64,000 bases of DNA. Source: Eledone cirrhosa (Eukaryota). The notes under the pieces are model-generated. The model saw only the letters and a list, made by a program, of their open reading frames with translations. It ran no database searches and was not told where the DNA came from. This document shows positions 52,419-64,000 of the stretch, in pieces. The position numbers were made by a program, and so were the translations under genes. The stretch is taken from NCBI GenBank assembly GCA_964016885.1, contig CAXHJY010000281.1:26260-90259 (forward strand). Reading direction: 5' to 3'. The first letter of the stretch is position 1; each line of letters starts with the position of its first letter.

Positions 52419-53823
52419 TTTTATATATGTACATACATCTGCCATTCAATTCTAGGTTAATCAACAAGGAATTTGTGTATGCATGTATATATATATAAAT
52501 ATATATTTGGTGTGTATGTATATATGCATATAATAGATACACATATACTCATACACTCACACTCTTATATATCTATAAATATACCTGCATATACACACAC
52601 ACACACACGCACACACACATACATACACACACACACATGACACACATGCAACCACGTGTTTGTGTGTGTGTGTAAAAAATTTTAACAGATTATGGAACTT
52701 ACAACATTTGATACACTTTCAAGTTACAGAAGGGCAATGGGGACTCTCAAGAATTTTGGCTTACATCCAGAGCTGTATGAAAGTTCGAAACGAAAGACAT
52801 GGGAATGCATTGATAAGATTTAATTATTAATATTTTCTTGTTTCATATATTTTTGTGCTATTGCTGAGACCATTTTTGTTACACATACATTTGTGTGTGT
52901 GTATGTATGTAGATGTGTGTATATATGCGTGTATGTATGTTTGTATGCATGTATATATATATATATATGTATATGTATGTATCCATGTATGTATATACAC
53001 GCACGCACACACGTATATATGCACACACATACATCACTAGGGAATTTGGGGGCTGTCAACACATCACATCTGTCCATCTTTTGTGCGATCTCTGGGGGTG
53101 TTAGAAGCAAAAATTTCAGATAAGCAATATACATTTTAAAAATATAAAAAGCACAAATCATCAGTTAAAAAACGTTTTTTTTTTTTTTTTTTTTTTTTTA
53201 ATTATTTTTTTTTATTTATATATATATAAATATATATATATAGTAAAGTTTCAAATTGTTGAAAAATATTGTTTTTTAAAATTGAAAATGAAGAAAAGCA
53301 AAAAAAATGAAAAAGGATTTCACTAGATTTTTAAAAATATGAAATAAATAAAATCTTACAAAAGACACCTCCATAGAGCATTTAAAAAATATATATATAT
53401 GCATTAATGAATTATTTAATGCCACACCATTTGAATGAAGGTTCCGATGGCAGTTATGGTAAATACTGCTTTGCAGTATAAAGACATTTTCCTGGAATTT
53501 CTTTTGAATTTTTTAATTTTATTTTGTCTGTTTTACTTTTTTTTGTTAATAAATGAGTAAAAGATATTTCAGGAAGAAGTTAAAAAAAAATTATTGAAAA
53601 AAAAAAAACGTTTGAAGAACGGTAAAGGAGGACTGAAAGAATCTTATCCATTACTGAAAAAAAAAAAGACACCAGTTGATCACTGAGATCATTCCACTGT
53701 GCTTTAGGGGTGTCTGATATCAAATACTTTTAAAGATTTGTAAATGTTTTTTTTTTTTTGTTTCCCCCTTTTTCTGTGTACAGAATTTTATTGTATATTT
53801 GTGAAATTGTAATATTTTTGACA

Positions 53824-53829
53824 AATAAA
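53824..53829 (+). terminator. Candidate polyadenylation signal AATAAA with downstream T-tract
   Basis: Preceded by a UTR-like tgtgtacagaattttattgtatattt stretch and followed at 53852-53872 by poly(T). One of several AATAAA sites after the PAN3 stop. Confidence 0.35.
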
Positions 53830-53888
53830 GATTTTCAAAATATTAGGCTGATTTTTTTTTTTTTTTTTTTTTCCTTCTTAATTATCCC

Positions 53889-54036
53889 TTAACCATTTAC
53901 ATTACCCTATATTTACTATTATATTTTCATGGTAAAGGATTATTTACTTGGAGAACAATACCTTAACATCAGTTTGAGCAGAAAAAGGTGAGAGAATTCC
54001 GGCCGAATACAGCCGGTTTAAAGACTAAAGGGTTAA
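53889..54036. mobile_element. piggyBac-type MITE, internally deleted
   Basis: TTAA|ccattt ... ctaaaggg|TTAA with family body. Confidence 0.75.
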
Positions 54037-54836
54037 TGTCCTATAATCATTTAGCAGAATATGCATAAAATCGGGGTCTGTTAATTCAAATGTTTATAGT
54101 ATCTTCACTGGTGGACAGACCATAGTGAAAATTTGCAGTAAAGACTTTAATTTGAAATTGATGCAATCATAATACTGTTTTGTACTTTTCAGGAATGTCT
54201 TCTTGATGTGGTACAATACATTAAGAGTTAATGGCTGTTTCTTAACAAGAGAATTTGTACTAAAAATAGAATTATACTGTGTGTATACACACTTAAATAC
54301 ATGAGTGTTGTTTGATCAATCTGATAAACTACTCATTAATTAGCATGCAAAATGGCTGAGTTTTTCACAGACATATGGTATTCCCAATTCTTAACATACT
54401 GTACATGAAACCACATTAGCAAAGATATTCTTGAAAAGTACAAAATAGCACTATGGCTGCTTCACATTTATTTAATTCTTTAATAATGCAAATTTTCACA
54501 ATAGTCTCATTTATTGTGCTATGTATGTATATATATATATATATGCGTAAGTGTGTGTGTGTATTTATATGTATGTATATACACACATATAAATACACAC
54601 ACACATGTGAGTTTGTCTCCCTAGAAAATGTGTTATATTTTAGAAATAACAAATATTTCTGCCAACATTTTACTGTAGATAGAGAGGGAGTAAATAGATA
54701 CCAAGAAAGATATATATACAAATAGAAAGCGATTGAGAGTAACATAGAAGCAAACACATATACAGATAGAGACAGAAGACCAAGACCCTTCATATATTGT
54801 TAATTTTCCTGCTGACACACCACCATGCTTCTAGAC

Positions 54837-55263
54837 CAGCTCAACAACAGGTTTCAATCTTAGGCTAAGCGATCCCTGAAAAAGTGCTCTGAATTATTTT
54901 GGATTAGAATACCGACTAGAGAACATGTCTAACCACAAGGCTCACTTAGCTGACTGTAATTTTAGTGTGACAGTAACAATCAAACTCGGATAGAATAGTT
55001 AGACATTGAGGTCAAGGGGACTGTGCATGTATTCGTGTATATATGTTCATAAATAGTATATGTATGACGGGGATGTGGAATGACCCAGACTTATCTAAAA
55101 CAAGTCAGCGTGTCTCACATACAGTTATTTCATTTCTTCCTCAAAATTTTTCATTTGCGCTTTCTGGACAGATTGAGCAAATTTATTATATTTTGATATG
55201 GCCTGCAGATGATACACTGCATAGCTATGTGGCCCGCACATTTCAAAAGGTTGCTGACCCCTG
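54837..55263. mobile_element. hAT (Charlie-like) MITE
   Basis: cag ... ggttgctgacccctg termini; exact 8-bp TSD ttctagac (54829-54836, 55264-55271). Confidence 0.8.
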
Positions 55264-55489
55264 TTCTAGACCAATCAAACGACAGTGATGCTAAAATATC
55301 TTAACTAAAACACTGTGTGTTTTGGTGGATTGTATGGCAACTAGACTCCAGGATAGGAAATGTTCTTCTTGATATGAATCCACTCAATTGCAAGCAGCCA
55401 AATGAACCTTCTTTATTTCAGGCATGGAAAGCTGGCATCAATTCCAATACAGATTCCATCTCCCTTCTCAAGTACCCATCCCCTTTTTC

Positions 55490-57037
55490 CAGTAAATTCC
55501 AGAGCAGCAACCGTTAATGTAGGCATGATGAGAAGAACATCAAGTGAGATTGTAGAGATGATAGAGCAAAAGAGAGTGGAAGTGTGTTGTGTACAAAAGA
55601 CTTGATGGAGAGGAGGATAATCTAGACCAGTGATTCCCAATGTGGAGTGCACACCCAACGGGATTAATTTGAATATTTAAGGGGGCCATTTGAAAATGAT
55701 GTTAATGAGAACAAACCTCAGGATTTACTTTATTATTTTTACACCAAGGCAACTTTGGTGCTAATTACTGTTAGAAACTCCTACCTCACCTCCTCCATAT
55801 GTTATTGTGTATTTGGCACCACTTATACACCAATTTGTTTACACTTTGCAGTTGATCATTACTGTTTTCATGTCAAGCAGAGACATAACAATTTTTTAGA
55901 TGTTGAGGTGGGGCAGGGTGCACAAAAGGTTCAGAACCACTGATCTAGACTCCTTGTTGGTAAAGAACAATGCTACAAATTTTTCTGGGTGGGTAATGAT
56001 TATAGGGCTAAGTGGAGTAGATATTCTGTTAGCAGAAAAATGGGTAGATAATGTAATTGCAGTAAAACAGTAAATGACAATCATTAAACTTGGGATAGTC
56101 CTAGGTAGAACAACTAACTATTATATCTGCATATGCACCACAATTGGGTCTTACCAGATAAACTAAAAGATGACTTTTACAAATCCCTAGTGCAGACTAT
56201 ATCTCTAGTGAATGACAAGCAATTCTTAATTACAGCAGGACATGTTGGGCAACACTGCAATGGCATCTACAGGATCCATGGAGATCTGGGGTTTAGTGCG
56301 AAAAAAATCTATGCTCTTGAAATTCTGCGATGCTAATGAACTAACGACCTGTAACACTAACTTAAAAAAAAACAGACAATCACATGATAACTTATAGATC
56401 AAGTGAACACACCAGCCAAATAAACTTCATCCTCACCAGAAGGTGAGAAAGAATGATGGTTGTAAACACAAAGTACCTACCTGGTGAGGAATACACTGCT
56501 TAACATAACAGTAGTTAGTGATTTGTTAATTAGGGCTAGAAAAACTCATGGACAGAGGGCAATCTGGAGGAGAAGGATATGGAAGTTGAAAGAGCCCTCA
56601 GCCAGTAACAAAATTAGGAATATCTTGCTTGATACTTTTGACAATAAGAAAGAAGAAATAGTGACATACAATATAAAGTAGCAGTGAGAGTTCCTGAGAG
56701 AAAATCTGCTGAAGACCACAAACAGTGTGGCTGGAGTAGAGCTCCAGGGAGTAGGAGAGGGGCTTGGTGGTGGAATAGCAGGGTGGATGAAACAATTTAA
56801 GCCAATAGATAGGCATGGGAAGAATGGGAGAAGCAAAACACATTACCAAGAAGCTAGATTATAAGTATACTTGGAAAGGAGGGAAGCAGAAAATAAAAAG
56901 TCTTAATATCATCTTGGCAAAAACTAAAGTCTTAGTAAGTAGAACGGAAAACAAGGTCCCTTCTGGGATATGGCCTGCTCAATGTGTAAGAAAGGGGTAA
57001 GTAGAAATTCCATCCTCTATCCCAAATGCAAACCATG
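55490..57037 (+). mobile_element. Older RTE LINE, 5' part (endonuclease to PHD), with internal deletion
   Basis: RAATVNVGMM...VEVCCVQ (APE start), endonuclease remnants; jumps to KTKVLVSR..PSG.WP-C and is cut at aaaccatg by a younger RTE. Confidence 0.85.
55628..55942. mobile_element. hAT (Charlie-like) MITE inserted in RTE endonuclease
   Basis: cagtgattcccaa ... ttcagaaccactg; exact 8-bp TSD atctagac (55620-55627, 55943-55950). Confidence 0.88.
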
Positions 57038-59480
57038 CTTTTGACAGTAAGGAAGAGCAATTAGAGACGTACAGTATAGAGGAACAGTGGGAATTCCTGA
57101 AAGTTAACCTGCTGAACGCGACAGATGAAATCTGTGGCTGGAGCAGACCTATAGGCAGGAGGAGAGTAACATGGTGGAACAGTAAGGTGGAGGAGTCAAT
57201 CAAGGGCAACAAGCAAGCTTGGAAAGTATGGGGGAAGTCGAGAACACTATCAAACAGCTAGGAGACAAGTGTACCTTGCAAGAAGGGAAACAGAGGAAAG
57301 AAAGTTCAAGCATGTTCTACAATGCGAGGACCAAAAACGTGAGGTGTTCAGGATTGCTAGACAATGTGTCAAGGAAAATATTGTCAGGGAGAAGTGTGTA
57401 CGTAATGATGATGGTATACTTGCGTCACTGATACTGATAAGAAGGTAGCTTGGAAGTGTCACTACGAGAGGCTACTAAATGAGGAGAATAAGTGGGAAAA
57501 AGATAGTCTGCCCCAAATCGATCCAATAGAGGAACCAGCAGTGCAAGTTGAAGGTAGTATAATTCACGCAATCAAAGATATGAAGACAGGCAAAGCAGCT
57601 GGGCCTTCGGAAATAGTTGCTGAAATGCTGAAAGCATCTGGATCGGTGGGACACACTATGGTCTCCCGGATTGTAAACCAAGTCATACCAAATGACTGGC
57701 GTAACAGCATCATCATTAACTGCTACAAGGGTAAAGGAGATGCCCTAGATAGGGGAAACTATAGAGGCATTAAGTTAATTGACCAGGTCATGAAGGTCAC
57801 AGAAAAAGTTATAGCGCAACTAATCAGAGAGCGAATTGATCTAGATGAAATGCAGTTCGGGTTTGTGTCAGGTAAAAGTACCACAGACGCTCTTTTCCTT
57901 GTATAACAACTACAGGAGAAGTACCTAGCTAAAAGTAAACCCCTATACTTAACTTTTGTTGACTTGGAGAAAGCCTTTGACAGAGTCCCCCGCTCCATTA
58001 TCTGGTGGGCTCTTAGAAAATTAGGTGTTGATGAATGGCTCGTGAGAGCTATACAAGCCATGTATAAAGAAACAGTCAGCAAGGTTAGAATTAACAACGA
58101 ATATAGTGAAGAATTTAGCGTAAAAGTCGGTGTTCATCAGGGCTCTGTCCTTAGCCCCCTCCTATTTATTATTGCCCTTCAAGCTATAACAGAGGAGTTC
58201 AAGGCCGGCTGCCCATGGGAACTTCTATATGCAGATGATCTAACGCTCATAGCTGAATCAATAGCTGAACTAGAGAAGAAATTCCAAACTTGGAAGCATG
58301 GCCTAGAATCAAAAGGCCTTAAAATTAACTTGTCTAAGACTAAAGTTCTAATATGTAGGAAGGAAAATTGGGCACTGGTCCCCTCTGGGAAATAGCCATG
58401 CTCAGTGTGTAGGAAAGGAGTAGGCAGAAACTCCATTTTATGTCCCAAATGCAAAGTATGGGTTCATAAAAGATGTAGTGGGATCACAGGTAAACTAACC
58501 AAGAACAGATTTTATATGTGGCCGGTGCTCAGGTGCAATAAGTAGTAGCAAGTGCCCACAGGATACTAGCTCCTTCCATTGCCCAGATGATTCTATAGAA
58601 ATAGTGGACACCTTCCATTACCTGGGTGACAAAATCAGCAGTGGTGGTGTGTGCTCTGAAAGTACAGTAGCTAGAGTCAGAACGGGATGGAAAAAGTTCA
58701 GAGAGCTTATACCACTATTGGCCGCTAAAGGTTTCTCCCTAAAAATGAAAGGCAGACTGTATGATGCCTGCATGATGACTGTATGATGCCTGCAATGCTA
58801 CATGGCAGTGAGACATGGGCATTGTGTGCAGAGGATCTGCGCAGACTGGAGAGGAATGAAGCTTGCATGCTCTGTTGGATGTGAACGGCAAAGCATAAAT
58901 GAACTAAGTGAGAAATTAGGAATAAGAGGGATCAGATGCTGTTTACTCAAGAGAAGACTACGTTGGTATGGTCACGTGATGCGCATGAAAGATGACAGTT
59001 GTATAAAAAAGTGCAGGGCGATCAAAATAGATGGAAGCTACGGAGTAGGTAGACCCAGAAAAGCCTGGGACGATTTGATAAATTCCGACCTTACACACTT
59101 ACACCTCTCCAAGACAATGTCACTGGACCAAAATCTTTGGCGCTATGCAGTAATACAGAAGACCCGCTTTGCCTAAGTACAAAGCAAAACCTACAGTCAG
59201 TAAGCACCTCCTACTACCCTTACCCCCCCCCCCCATCTGCACCTAAAGTTATGTTGGTGCCACAACATCTAGTCCTAAACAAATGAGGTCGTGTAGGTAA
59301 CACGGTAAAAACCTCCCAGTCCACACTGTAAATGTAGTTGGTGTTAGGAAGGGCATCCAGCCGTAGAAAACCCGCCAGACAGTCCTATGCGAGAAGACAA
59401 CCAATCTTGCCTCACGTGGGACAATTCCCGTCTAAACCCATGCTAGCATGGAAGATAGATGTTAAACAATGATGATGATG
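57038..59480 (+). mobile_element. Young RTE LINE (5'-truncated), same subfamily as 10562-12679
   Basis: ORFs 57541-57906, 57964-58395, 58604-58786 and 58802-59176 nearly identical to the 10.7-12.3 kb proteins; 3' UTR and gatgatgatg tail. Confidence 0.95.
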
Positions 59481-60140
59481 GTACATAAGAGATGTAGCAG
59501 GATCTCAGGCAGGCTAGTAAAGAATGTATGTTTTACATGTGGTCAATGCACAGGAGCAGGAAGCAGCAAGTGCTCATAGGAAACAAGCTTTATCAAATTC
59601 TTAGAGGGTTCCATAGAAGAAGTTGACAGCTTCTGTTACCAGGGTGACCAAATTAGTAATGGAAGTGGGGGTTCTGAAAATGCAGTAGCCAGAGTAAGAA
59701 TGGGATGGAGAAAGTTCTGGGAGCTATCACTGCTGCTAGCTACAAAAGGTTTTTCCCTCAAAATGGAGGGCAGATTATATGACATGTATATCCAAACAGC
59801 AATGCTGCATGGTAGTGTGACAAGGACTCTGATAGATGTGTAAATGAACTGAGAGAGAAACTGGGCATATGAGGGATCAATTGCAGCGTGCAGGAGAGGA
59901 AATTGCTGTCGTATGGAAGATGAAAGTAGTACAAAAAGGTGCAGGTAACTTTGGAAGAGGAAGACTTAGAAAAGTTTGGGATAATGTGATAAAATCTGAC
60001 CTTGCACAATTAAACCTCTCAGAGGCAATGAAACAGAATTGAGATCCCTGGCCTTATGCAGTACTGTGGAAGACCCACCTTCCCATATGCACAGGATGAA
60101 GCAAACATCTAGAAGACACTAGAAAGCACCCCCACCCCAC
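59481..60140 (+). mobile_element. Older RTE LINE, 3' part (continuation of 55490-57037)
   Basis: Resumes gtacataagagatgtagc (VHKRCS) where 57037 broke off; matches the subfamily at 2740-3430 and 23730-24420. Confidence 0.85.
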
Positions 60141-60719
60141 TTAAAAACAGTTGTTTTCATATATTTTCTGCTAAATGATTTTATGTCTGTATGGTCCCGT
60201 AACTCCTGATAGAGTTGTAGGGGCACCGTATTGACATACGGCGTTTCTTGGGGTTTTTTAAGCCTGGCAGAGCCCATCCCTCTCTAGGCCTGAGAACAGC
60301 AGATTTCTTCCAGAGAAAGATAGAAAGTGAGAAAGAGGAAATGAGAATGAAATATAGAGGAAGAATTGACCCCAGTACTTCTTTTATCAACTTCGAAAGG
60401 ATGAAAGGCAAAGGTGACATTGGCAAGATTTGAACTCTGAGAACAGAGAGTCGGAACAAATACCATAAATCATTCTATCCGACGTTCTAACGACTCTGCC
60501 AATTCACTGCCTACTAAATGATTACAGGATTTTATAAGTTAATATAATTTTCAAATGGAATGGGCTATCATACAGTCTTGAACTACCCAATTTCACTCAC
60601 ATCACTTGGGTTGGAACTATGGTACAAGACATTTACTCAAGATGCCATGTAGTTAGACCTCATGATTACAAAGTTAACTTAATCACTCAGCTTTATTTAC
60701 ATTAACATTAACTCCTAAT

Positions 60720-61061
60720 GGAGGCACATGGCTTAGTGGTTAGAGCATTGGCCTTGCAATCGAAAGGTTGTGAGTTCAATTCTCAGACCGGGTGATGTGT
60801 TGTTTCCTTGAGCAAGACACTTTATTTCACATTGCTCCAGTTTACTCAGCTGTAGAAATGAGATGATAGGGACTGGGGTCCATATCATTCCACTGTAAAG
60901 TGGTCGTGGAGGTGCCACGGCAAAAAAGCACCCAGCACTCACTGTAAATGAGGTTGGTGTTAGGAAGGGCATCCAGCTGTAGAAATCAAGCCAGAATCAG
61001 TTCCCGTCCCACCCTTGCAAGCAGGGAAAAGCAGACGTAAAATGATGATGATGATGATGAT
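60720..61061 (+). mobile_element. tRNA-headed SINE (family B) joined to RTE-derived box and (GAT)n tail
   Basis: A-box tggcttagtgg 60729-60739, B-box gagttcaattc near 60772, then ggtgttaggaagggcatccagctgtag and gacgtaaaatgatgatg. Confidence 0.8.
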
Positions 61062-61092
61062 TAACACGTTTATTTTGTGATAAGTTGTAGCC

Positions 61093-61277
61093 CAGTGGTT
61101 CACAAAGTGGGTTCCATGGAACCCAAGGGTTTCTCATAGGAATGTTTGCAGTTCTGTGAAAAAAGGTAGAGGAGTTTATTTATATTACAGCCATATAACA
61201 GTATCAGACTTTGGGGTTCCCCATAAAATTTCTGAACCAAAAAAGGTTCCTCATTTGAAAAAGTTTGAGAAACCCTG
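61093..61277. mobile_element. hAT-like MITE
   Basis: cagtggttcacaaa ... tttgagaaaccctg termini; TSD not clear. Confidence 0.6.
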
Positions 61278-61377
61278 GTAAACTTATGTATATCTAATAA
61301 ACATACAGTTCTACCTCTCTGTGCAAACTAGAGCTCTATTTTCACAGTGAGGTAGCTTTGGTTTATATATTGTGTGT

Positions 61378-63465
61378 AATAATTGTTTCTACTTTTGGCA
61401 CAAGGTCAGCAATTACTGGTACTTTATTTTATCGACCCCGTAACGATGAAAGGCAAAGTTAACCTCAGCGGGATTTGAACTCAGAATGGCAAAGGCCGTA
61501 AATCTATGCACCAAAGCATGGCACTGACCATCGACTGATACTGCCATTCCACCGTGCCATGGTTCCAAGTATGAAACTTAATATCCACAACTATATATCA
61601 GTTTTAGATGTAAATTTAATTACTGTATTCCAAACCCCATTTATAAGCCGAGGTAGGTCATCAACACATTATGTTTAGATGGTGTGGTTTGAAATTCTCA
61701 TGAGTGGAGAATATATTTTAAAAGTTTAAATATTTTGCTATTTAAAATGTTTTAAGTCTCATTTAGAATATAGTTTTTTGTTTCACAACTCCATTCCATA
61801 ATGATTTTTTAACCAATTTCTGACTGTTTTGAGGCCATATTCATTCAAAACATATAAAAAAACAATTGGAAATACAAATTTTACATCAAACGTGAAACCA
61901 GTGTAATATTCATCCTAAAGCAAAAATACTTTAATACCTCATTTCCGTAGAATTTTGAAGTTGGTGAAAATTGGCAAAATATTGGTTTCTGAATTAGGCA
62001 CAAGGCCAACAATTTTTAGAGAAGGAAAAGTCGATTAAATAGATCTCAATGCATTACAGGTACTTTATTTTATCAACCCCATAAGGATGAAAGGCAAAGC
62101 GAACCTCAGCAGGATTTGAACTCAGATCGTAAAAGGCTCAATGCTATAAACATGTTGTCTGACTGCTAATACTGACCATGAATATAAGTAAGTTGATCCC
62201 CATTATAACATCAATTTTTTTTGTCACATATTTCTCAATTTATATATGAGTACATACAGTATTATTCTATCGGTTTGATTCAAATAATCATAATTGTTTC
62301 TACTTTTGGCACAAGGCCAGCAATTATTCCAGTGCATTACTGGTACTTTATTTTATCGATCCCGTAAAGATGAAAGACAAAGTAAACCTCGGCGGGATTT
62401 GAACTTAGAATGGGCAAGGGCCGTAACTCTATGCGTCAAAGCATGGCATCCGACCCTCTACCGATACTGCCAACCCAAATCATAATGTAATCTAGGCAGT
62501 GCTGGAGGACAAATGAGGCCCTGTGCTAGTTAAGTTATGAGGCCCCATACATTTGAAAAATTCATTGTAAAAAAACCTTTTTGGCAGGAAGATGCCCTCC
62601 CCCCTCCCCCTTCCCTGGGCCATGGGGCCCTTGGCTTAAGTACACCTAAGCCCAATGGTAAATTCGGCACTGAATCTATGTATACTATGGGTAAGGTTTA
62701 AATATATTTTGTTATCTTTGAATTCTGAAAGATTTTAAAGTTGTGTTTACAAAACAAAAGTATTTACAATTGTCAGAGTTAATAAATAATAATTGTGCTG
62801 TACAATTGTTTTAATGTAAATCAAAACTTAATGGTTTCATATAAATTGCTTTAAATTAACTATTAATTTTATTAATAGCAAGAGAGGAAGGCAGTGGATT
62901 GGCAGAATTTAGAGAGCATCAGACCAAATGCTTTGGGGCATAGAGTTACGGCCTAGGTTAACTTTGCCCTTTCATCCTTACGGGGTCGATAAAATAAAGT
63001 ACCAGTAATGCACTGAATTAATTGCTGGCCTTGTGCCAAAAGTAGAAATAATATTATTTAGGGCAGTGGATTGGCAGTATCAGTAGAGGGTCAGCATAGT
63101 TTTACAGCATAGAGTTACGGCCTTTTATGATCTGAGTTCAAATCCTGCCGAAGTGACTTAGCCTTTCATCCTTATGGAGTCGATAAAATAAAGTACCAGT
63201 CACACACTGGGGTTGATTTAATCAACTTTCCCCTCCCCCAAAATTGCTGGCCTTGTGTCTATAAACTATTATTATTAGGGTGGTAGATTAGCAGTACCGG
63301 TAGAGCGTCAGACACCATGCTTTGCAGCATAGAGTTATGACCCTTTACATTGTCCAGTACTTTATTTTATCAACAGGGTTGATAAAATAAAGTACTGGGG
63401 TCGATTTAATCGACTTTCCCCTCCCCCAAAATTGCTGGCCTTGTGCCTATATCAGAAACCATTAT
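61378..63465. mobile_element. Cluster of six family-A SINEs (three minus: ~61378, ~61996, ~62291; three plus: ~62889, ~63061, ~63278)
   Basis: Repeated family body in both orientations. Confidence 0.85.
62497..62672. mobile_element. hAT-like MITE
   Basis: cagtgctgga ... ttcggcactg termini; 7/8 TSD aatctagg / aatctatg. Confidence 0.75.
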
Positions 63466-63774
63466 TATCATTTATTATCATTTATTTTAATTTTAAATAT
63501 CTTCCTTCAAAATGCCTCTGAAATTAGTCTAACTAGCAGAGAAACAACCCTTCGGGTGGTTTTCTGCTAGCATGTGTAGTGTGTATATTGATATTATACG
63601 CAAGTATATATACATGTAGATATGATACATCAAATAAAATCGTAATTGACAATATATAATACATAGAAATTGAACGAAGACTGTGTTACACTGTCTTATT
63701 TAATCAGTAACGTAATCCATGATACATTAAAAAAGATGATATTATATATAAACTGCATTAGGAGAAAATTAGTG

Positions 63775-64000
63775 ACGGAAAATTAGTATGTTTATTTAAA
63801 CGATCGCCAACCGGAAGTGTTGGCATTTCAGAAATTTTTAAGAAGTGAATCTTTAAATAAGTAATAAAATATATTTAATCAACAGCCACGAAATTTAGTA
63901 GATAAATTATGTAATATTCATTCATTATTTATTCAAAAGTAATCCAACTTATTTTACTAATGGGATAAAAAATTATAAACCGTACGCAGTCCCGCGCTCC
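63775..64000. promoter_or_regulatory. Possible promoter-proximal region of the next gene
   Basis: ETS-type CCGGAAGTG at 63811-63819, repeat-free sequence, and rising CpG toward the window edge (ccgtacgcagtcccgcgctcc). Confidence 0.35.

Noticed and set aside
52770-52805. Hammerhead-like ctgtatga...gttcgaaac-gaaa
   Set aside because: Core is not CUGANGA and I cannot form stems I and III.
60720-60790. tRNA-like sequence (also the SINE-A heads)
   Set aside because: A/B boxes are present but there is no intact cloverleaf; the sequence continues into a SINE body.

Overview
AT-rich, repeat-dense animal genomic DNA. The very long (TA)n/(TATG)n microsatellites, tRNA-SINEs and RTE LINEs with (GAT)n tails suggest a cephalopod/octopus-type genome (inference). 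The only host gene I can support is the 3' half of PAN3 (PAN2-PAN3 deadenylase regulatory subunit) on the + strand: six coding exons (7822-7909, 20839-20978, 28578-28707, 28919-28983, 32300-32438, 36884-37030) with GT-AG boundaries and consistent phases, ending at TAA 37028-37030. Upstream exons lie outside the window. Nearly everything else is transposon-derived: decayed and nested RTE LINEs whose reverse transcriptase carries an inserted PHD finger, SINEs, piggyBac/hAT/mariner/pogo MITEs and a non-autonomous Helitron. The best leads are RNA-level: inverted repeat copies bracketing PAN3 exons (possible circRNA or editing substrates), a possibly very long 3' UTR holding a 2.4-kb TGTATATA (Pumilio-element) satellite with an embedded 58-bp perfect palindrome, a G-U-biased intronic hairpin, and an orphan decayed K/T/P-rich ORF. 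No CRISPR array, prokaryotic system or intact RNA gene was seen, and I cannot demonstrate a novel system from sequence alone.
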